From the NCBI GenBank assembly GCA_040081625.1, contig JBEBGD010000044.1, positions 1 through 40,749 on the forward strand: a stretch of 40,749 nt of DNA, in the 5' to 3' direction. Positions 39,855-40,749 of this stretch are shown piece by piece. The notes below the pieces were generated by a model. It was given only the letters and a program-made list of their open reading frames with translations, searched no databases and had not been told where the DNA came from. A program made the position numbers and the translations under genes. The DNA comes from Chthoniobacteraceae bacterium (GTDB lineage: Bacteria; Verrucomicrobiota; Verrucomicrobiia; Chthoniobacterales; Chthoniobacteraceae). Each line of letters begins with the position of its first letter. Position 1 is the stretch's first letter.

Positions 39855-40430
39855 ATGTCCGTTATCGTCGCCGTTCGCAAAAACTCGTCCATCACCATCG
39901 CCGCTGACTCCCAGGATAACTTCGGCGACCTGCGTCCGCCGCCAGAAAACCACGACGCGCTCAAACTTCGGTCCGTGGGGGACGCGGTGCTCGGCTCATC
40001 GGGGTGGGCGCTCTACGACGACATCTTCGCGCACTATCTCAAGCGTCGCCGCGTGAGCCTTCGCGACCGCCATTCGGTGTTCGATTTCTTTGTGAAGTTC
40101 TGGAAGGCGCTCCGGCGCGAATACCCGTTCGTCAATGACCAGCCGGGCAAGGAAAACGAGACGCCTTTCGCCAATCTCGACGCGAGTTTTCTCGTCGCGA
40201 GCCCGGGCGGGATCTTCCTCATCTCGTCGAACATGAGCGTCTCCGAGTTTCGGCAATACTACGCCATCGGCTCGGGCAGCGATTACGCCATCGGCGCGGT
40301 CCATGCACTCTACGACGAAGTGAAGGATCCCGCCGTCATCGCTGAGCGGGCGGTCCGCGCGGCCATCGCCTACGACAATTCGTGCGGCGGCCGTGTCGCC
40401 ACGCGCACAGTGAAGCTGCGACGCAAATGA
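39855..40430 (+). CDS. Proteasome-type Ntn-hydrolase (HslV/BPH-like) with N-terminal Ser
   Basis: MSVIVAVRK...IAADSQ, K at the proteasome-K33-like position (DALK), YAIGSGSDYAIGA, AVRAAIAYDNSCGG. Confidence 0.78.
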   Translation: MSVIVAVRKNSSITIAADSQDNFGDLRPPPENHDALKLRSVGDAVLGSSGWALYDDIFAHYLKRRRVSLRDRHSVFDFFVKFWKALRREYPFVNDQPGKENETPFANLDASFLVASPGGIFLISSNMSVSEFRQYYAIGSGSDYAIGAVHALYDEVKDPAVIAERAVRAAIAYDNSCGGRVATRTVKLRRK

Positions 40431-40749
40431 GCGAGCCCATCATCAGCGCGCGCGATGTGCGACGCTCCTTCACGCTCGGTTCGCGCCGCATCGAGGTGCT
40501 CCGCGGGATCAGCCTCGACATCGAGGCCGGCGAATCGATCTTCCTCGTCGGCGCGAGTGGCGCGGGAAAAACAACGCTGCTCTACACACTCGCCGGCCTC
40601 GAACGGCCCGAGAGCGGCAGCGTGACGCTCGGTCGGGGAGCCGAGTGCGAGGTCAAGATCGATGACCCGTCGATCTCCCGGCGCCACGTCGCACTTCACC
40701 TCGGACCGACGATCACGGTCGAGGAGCTCGGCTCGCACAACGGCACGAT
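40427..40749 (+). CDS. LolD-like ABC ATPase N-terminus that switches into an FHA domain; 3'-truncated
   Basis: Not in the ORF track. MSEPIISARDVRRSF...EVLRGISLDI...GASGAGKTTLL...LAGLERPESGSV, then TLGRGAECEVKIDDPSISRRHVAL...EELGSHNGT. Confidence 0.75.
   Translation, partial: MSEPIISARDVRRSFTLGSRRIEVLRGISLDIEAGESIFLVGASGAGKTTLLYTLAGLERPESGSVTLGRGAECEVKIDDPSISRRHVALHLGPTITVEELGSHNGT

Overview
High-GC bacterial DNA, most likely Verrucomicrobiota/PVC (inferred from PEP-CTERM genes, a prepilin/H-X9-DG protein, planctomycete-type cytochrome c and PQQ-repeat proteins). About 27 CDSs and tRNA-Thr(CGT) are supported; no CRISPR array, rRNA, integrase or transposase was seen. The best candidate for an undescribed system is at 14970-19009. 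There a cobalamin riboswitch precedes three PEP-CTERM surface-protein genes, with no btuB/btuFCD in the window. The third gene is fused in frame to a type IV prepilin/H-X9-DG protein, which suggests a doubly processed polyprotein. Other points of interest: a five-gene cytoplasmic phosphorelay headed by a C-protein-like XRE-REC gene with a C-box-like operator; a kinase with three 384-nt PAS repeats; a heptamer-repeat hairpin inserted in frame in a gene; an IS5-like MITE with a TTAG duplication; a hidden frameshifted CxxC microprotein; a histone-like tandem winged-helix protein; a Ser1 proteasome-like protease; and an abrupt LolD-to-FHA switch at the window end that may be a misassembly. All family assignments come from motif recognition by eye, not database searches.
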